Positions 18,301-21,623 of a DNA stretch of 21,623 nucleotides are shown here, in pieces. The notes under the pieces were generated by a model. It saw only the letters and a program-made list of their open reading frames with translations. It did no database searches and was not told the origin of the DNA. Position numbers and translations under genes: made by a program. This DNA comes from Candidatus Zixiibacteriota bacterium. GTDB lineage: Bacteria > Zixibacteria > MSB-5A5 > GN15 > FEB-12. Position 1 is the first letter of the stretch. Every line of letters begins with the position of its first letter. The stretch spans positions 1 through 21,623 of the forward strand of contig JBGSIV010000171.1 in assembly GCA_041742355.1 (NCBI GenBank), read 5' to 3'.

Positions 18301-21300
18301 GTGCGCGGCGCCAAAGACCAATCAGCCATTCCGGATCAGCAGTCCGATATGTATTAGTGCGACCATTCACAACACCGCGAACACGAGCTACTCAAACGTT
18401 CCCTGGCTGGCCTACTTCGATGGGGTGCCGGTCGGCCCGGTCAATTACATTGATTACCTGCCTCAGGGAAGTGAGTTCATCTTGCCGGAAGTAGCTTTGC
18501 CCAGCCCCCTCGCTGTGGGTGTCCACAACGCCACAATCCGGATTGATCCGTTCAACACGCTCGGCGAGTGCATTCGATTCAACAACGCTATCAGTGACGC
18601 CTTCCGGGTCTGGCCGGACAGTGAACTGGTTGCGACCGGCGCATCGGTCTCGCCTGCCTATCCCACGGTGTACGACAACCTTACATACCGATTCACGGTC
18701 ATGAATACCGGCTACTTTGATTTGGGACCGGTTGAGGCAGTCGTGATCAATGACTCAACCGACTCTACACTCGCGTTCAGTACTGTCAGTCTTCTCGCAG
18801 CTCGAAACGGCGAGCACACCTTCACGCTCACGTCAGCGCCGCTGCCCCAGGGGACCTACACGATTCGCATGGTGGTTGACCCAGCTGATAAGATCTCCGA
18901 GAACGACGAAACCAACAACAGCCGGACCATCACGTTCTCGGTTGACAGTCTTTACCCGAACTTCTCGGTTGCCGCCGCGGAGTTTGGCCTTGTCGATCCC
19001 AACCAGACCACGCCGGGCATGAATACCCTAACTGCAGTCGTCCGAAACACTGGTAGCGAAGATGCCGCAGGGGTCATCGTCCGCTTCTTTGAAGACGGTG
19101 TCCAGATCGGCAGCGACCAGGCTATCAACGTGGCTGCCGGTGCTAACCAGACGGTGACGTTGCCGTATAGCCTCGACTTTACGTGCCACACGCTCAGCGT
19201 GCGGGTCGACCCGGATAACCACTTTATGGAGCAAAATGAGCAGGATAACCAAGCCAGCGGGAAAGTCCCCTTTGAGGTAGCGGTCGACCACTTGCCGATC
19301 TGTCCGGAGATTCTCGTGCCCCAGCCCATGTTCTCTGCGTGTGATGTCCACGTCGTCGAGGGCAGCCAAGTGACGGTCACAGTCAAGACCCGAATCCGCA
19401 ACACCGGGTTGCTTTCCACACCGACTTTTGCACCGACGCTCACTGATCGGTTCTATGAGCCTGATCACCAGTATGCTTTTTCGTCGGTGGCCCTCCCCCA
19501 TCGTGATGGAGAGGCGCTCCTCAGCAAGGATGTGACTTTCACCACTGCGGACCGGGGAACCCACGAGTTCGTCGTCGATGCAACCGTCCCGTTGACTGCA
19601 ACCGAATGCAATGTGGCGAACAACTTCTACAGCGGTACACTCACAGTTGACACGACCGCCCGCCAACCGGATTTTGTCGTCGATGTCCAACTGGATCGTA
19701 CCTGTACTTCGCTTTCCGAGGGCATCTACGCTGACGTCGTGATTATTAACCAGGGCAATGACGATGCCCCGGCTACGAAAGTACTACTAAGTGTGAACGG
19801 CATAACCCTTGACTCGGCCAGTGTCTCAACGCTTGCGCCTGGCAAGAGCCAAAAGGTACTAACCCACTACTTCATTGCGCCCGCAGCTCTTGGCCCACTC
19901 ACGGCGTCGGCACAGGTTGACCCGTTGAACGTGGTTGCCGAACTGGACGAATCGAACAACACTGATAACGCCTCGGCAACCGTTGTTTCCGACCTGATCG
20001 ACCTGGCGCTTATGGGCACCACCTCAAGCGATGACACACCTGAGACGACCCAGGTAGTTAGCCTGTCTGCAGTCGTTCGCAACATTGGTGGCGCCCCCTT
20101 GACAGCGCCGCTTGTGGTCGCATTCCGGCCGGATGATCGGGACACCGTACTCCTGGACACGCTCTACAACCTCGATCCGTGTTTCGACCAAGCGACTGCG
20201 ACCGTCTCATACGTCTTTGAATACGTCCGACAGACTTGTGTCGCAGTTTCGGTCGATGATCCCAATACCATTGTCGAGCATAGCGAGACGAATAACACCG
20301 GGGCAATCTGTGTGACCGCACATGCGCCAATCCCGGACTTGGTGATCGAACCGGATGATGTGACATACACCAATAGTAATCCTACCCAAGGTGAACCAGT
20401 GTACATCGATGTTTTGGTTCACAACCAGGGCGCAGTGGCCGTGCCTTCGACCACCGTCAAGGTGTTTGTCGGTGGAGTCAAAATCGGGCAGGACATTACC
20501 GTCTCAGTTCCAGCCCATGGTTCAAAGGTTGCTCGGACGACCACGACGTGGGTGTCAGATCGCACAACGGCCCGGACGATCTACGCGGTGGTTGACTCGG
20601 CCAACCTCATTGCAGAGCTTAGCGAAACCAATAACACTGCGGAGATCTGCGCTGTGCCGCAGATCGAGTTCAACCATACAAGCACTTGCCCCGATTGGGA
20701 CAGCTACCGGCCTGTATTTGGCGAGTGCCCGGCCGTCATTGCCAATTCGTTTAATATCCGAGCCTTTCTTACAAACATTGGGGCGATGGACATTGGTACC
20801 GAGACGGCAGTTGAGTTCGCAGATGTCTTTGTCGGCGATACGACTGTGGTTGGCACCGTCTCCCTCGGCTCCTTGCCGGGCCACGGGGGGACAGTCACCT
20901 GCCAGACTAGCCACGTCTATGTGTCCAACAATCAAGAGGGGCTGCACGACATAGTCATCCGGGTTGACGGAGACGGATCGATCGTCCAATGCGGAGCCCC
21001 CGACATCTCCGTTCACCCGCTTGGCGTAATCGGCATCGATACGGTTCGACAGGTCGACCTCCATACACGCGCCGAGTTCGTCGACATATCCAACGTTCAC
21101 CCGGAGGTCGGCGAGTATGTATATGTCAACGCCACGATCTACAACCTCGGTCCTGACTCCGCTTTTGAGTTTGGCGTTCGCTTCCTTGTCGATGAACAGC
21201 CGCTGGGGAGCGACATCTTAGTCGCTGGCCTGTCGGGCAAAGGTGGACAAAACGATCACATCACGGTAGCGGCGCCGATCCCGTGGGAGGCGGTCAATCT

Positions 21301-21623
21301 GCCCACTCCGTTGCATGTGGCTCATGTGATTGTTGATCCGCGGGAGGCCGTTAGAGAAACTACCGAGGACAACAACGAAGCCACTAGGGCGATGGTCATC
21401 GGGGATATTGCCGATTTGGCGATGTCGCTCTCCGGCAATCCGCCTTCCGACAGCAACTGCGTACCGATCGGATCCCCAGCCAATCTGAGCCTCCTGATTG
21501 AAAATCGAGGACTTCTCGATGCCAGCGCAGACTTGAGACTCCGCCAAGTTGTCCCAGGTGGAGATACACTTATCCTGGAGACCCGTGAGATCTTCGTCCA
21601 ATCGCTCTCCAGTAGCTACGAGG
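15329..21623 (+). CDS. Giant secreted/surface protein (>2090 aa, partial): signal peptide, right-handed beta-helix (pectin-lyase-like) region, then ~10 CARDB-like Ig domains
   Basis: Translated by hand; no stop from ATG 15329 (alternative ATG 15344) to the window end. Signal peptide ...RIVVLIALLASPTLA|NT, then WVDFSSGNDATGAGTEVNPYKTITKG (DUF1565/beta-helix start) and AQYCWWGDESGPYHPSLNPLG...VDFTPW (beta-helix end). Repeated CARDB-like signatures include VDPADKISENDETNN, VDPLNVVAELDESNN, VDSANLIAELSETNN and VDPREAVRETTEDNN. Confidence 0.9.
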   Translation, partial: MSILSMSSGIFRALTRIVVLIALLASPTLANTIWVDFSSGNDATGAGTEVNPYKTITKGISVASTNDTVMAKPATYIENVTINKSVVVASQAGQAVTSIKAAVSGNTVTISGTASPATRLIGFRIVGYNGGTGSNIEMNSIMATVTNCLIDTAARWPIKGINPAGVALVRTFNTFTPRQDQKYNAYVINAGTITESTTWPVPDSGYCYLTYPNHDIYVHGAGNPTLTLLPGTVIKFWGDNSSLYIGYDGPGKLLADEVIFTSWADDTLGDASGEGASSGAAGQWQELQFFNAADDASQITNCVIRYGHGLVLDNAAPTIEGCTFLANINDQLIVNSENGGDKVRGNTFLGLAGVNGWPVLLHPGAVDSVVANNTFIARPDSAYRAFRIATYGPVTESTTWPVPDPGFCYLTYPNQDIHVYGAANPTLTLLPGTVIKFWGSSSSLYIGYQGPGKLLADGVIFTSWTDDTLGDASGEGISAGGPGHWQEFKFFNAADDASQVTNCVVRFGHGLDIEHSSPDLSGIHTYKNQDAGIAAHGAAYPTIVNCIASENTGAGLLTYDAANPDITGCHFVDNTTYGVWNQTNSVTVNAQYCWWGDESGPYHPSLNPLGLGNQVSDNVDFTPWMGSPSSPPLLTYSTTDGFGDDAIFPDTGRPMTEYEFRVIYADPNDDPPMAGYPRVRIDIDGNGTIDSLTDIVAAMAPVDGDTIYLDGREYTFRTYLPASTTIKHSFEATDIEGLPATLQSGLIGWGAGPYVSDNLVDLEIHAGDISFSDPHPDSYEQVAIYAGVTSNAPGVLNNVPAYLFIGDDLVDSALVSVVSPGYSASLFHFDYAFPGDDFYSVRVVVDPANTTGDYNLLDNAAARGLAVGDYVFPGGIDLNIFPPVTAIRNYPTDFSFEAHYYGLGFTDSLPVAGATVTYQVLEQGTAALTTYSNDYGLGRANFVAPSDTGMYTIEVTLTDYTITQTERVTFHVISGPICEDLLALSAINIDLCAAPKTNQPFRISSPICISATIHNTANTSYSNVPWLAYFDGVPVGPVNYIDYLPQGSEFILPEVALPSPLAVGVHNATIRIDPFNTLGECIRFNNAISDAFRVWPDSELVATGASVSPAYPTVYDNLTYRFTVMNTGYFDLGPVEAVVINDSTDSTLAFSTVSLLAARNGEHTFTLTSAPLPQGTYTIRMVVDPADKISENDETNNSRTITFSVDSLYPNFSVAAAEFGLVDPNQTTPGMNTLTAVVRNTGSEDAAGVIVRFFEDGVQIGSDQAINVAAGANQTVTLPYSLDFTCHTLSVRVDPDNHFMEQNEQDNQASGKVPFEVAVDHLPICPEILVPQPMFSACDVHVVEGSQVTVTVKTRIRNTGLLSTPTFAPTLTDRFYEPDHQYAFSSVALPHRDGEALLSKDVTFTTADRGTHEFVVDATVPLTATECNVANNFYSGTLTVDTTARQPDFVVDVQLDRTCTSLSEGIYADVVIINQGNDDAPATKVLLSVNGITLDSASVSTLAPGKSQKVLTHYFIAPAALGPLTASAQVDPLNVVAELDESNNTDNASATVVSDLIDLALMGTTSSDDTPETTQVVSLSAVVRNIGGAPLTAPLVVAFRPDDRDTVLLDTLYNLDPCFDQATATVSYVFEYVRQTCVAVSVDDPNTIVEHSETNNTGAICVTAHAPIPDLVIEPDDVTYTNSNPTQGEPVYIDVLVHNQGAVAVPSTTVKVFVGGVKIGQDITVSVPAHGSKVARTTTTWVSDRTTARTIYAVVDSANLIAELSETNNTAEICAVPQIEFNHTSTCPDWDSYRPVFGECPAVIANSFNIRAFLTNIGAMDIGTETAVEFADVFVGDTTVVGTVSLGSLPGHGGTVTCQTSHVYVSNNQEGLHDIVIRVDGDGSIVQCGAPDISVHPLGVIGIDTVRQVDLHTRAEFVDISNVHPEVGEYVYVNATIYNLGPDSAFEFGVRFLVDEQPLGSDILVAGLSGKGGQNDHITVAAPIPWEAVNLPTPLHVAHVIVDPREAVRETTEDNNEATRAMVIGDIADLAMSLSGNPPSDSNCVPIGSPANLSLLIENRGLLDASADLRLRQVVPGGDTLILETREIFVQSLSSSYE
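15908..16861 (+). repeat. In-frame internal duplication with 603-nt (201-codon) period
   Basis: ~15908-16258 matches ~16511-16861. Identical blocks of 30 nt (15908-15937/16511-16540) and 32 nt (16011-16042/16614-16645); many of the differences are synonymous. Confidence 0.9.

Noticed and set aside
15404..21601. Minus-strand ORFs (e.g. 17207..18370, 19028..19690) and short off-frame plus-strand ORFs
   Set aside because: They are shadows of the single giant plus-strand CDS.

Overview
The window looks like an accessory or mobile region next to a giant surface-protein gene. On the minus strand, 1-13.7 kb carries a DUF499/DUF1156/SNF2 restriction-like (BREX-related) defence operon: SNF2 helicase-DUF3883 nuclease, an inserted AlbA_2/Schlafen-HATPase-wHTH gene, a DUF1156 DNA methyltransferase and a Swt1-HEPN-DUF499 ATPase. 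In this sequence the methyltransferase has an in-frame TAG (6097-6099) and the ATPase has a frameshift (~4959). Downstream lie a hypothetical protein with a winged-helix-like C-terminus and a replication-like module missing from the ORF track. That module has 12-bp-period direct repeats, a structured leader with crossing inverted repeats and a terminator-like hairpin, a 49-codon ORF, and an archaeo-eukaryotic primase (AEP)-family gene running off the left edge. The interval 13.7-15.0 kb is apparently non-coding or decayed, with TGCAC-type tandem repeats and palindromes. On the plus strand, 15329 to the right edge is one uninterrupted frame of more than 2090 codons, also absent from the ORF track. 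It encodes a secreted protein with beta-helix repeats, a 603-nt internal duplication and about 10 CARDB-like Ig domains, behind a near-consensus sigma70 promoter. All family assignments come from motifs recognised by eye; no searches were run.
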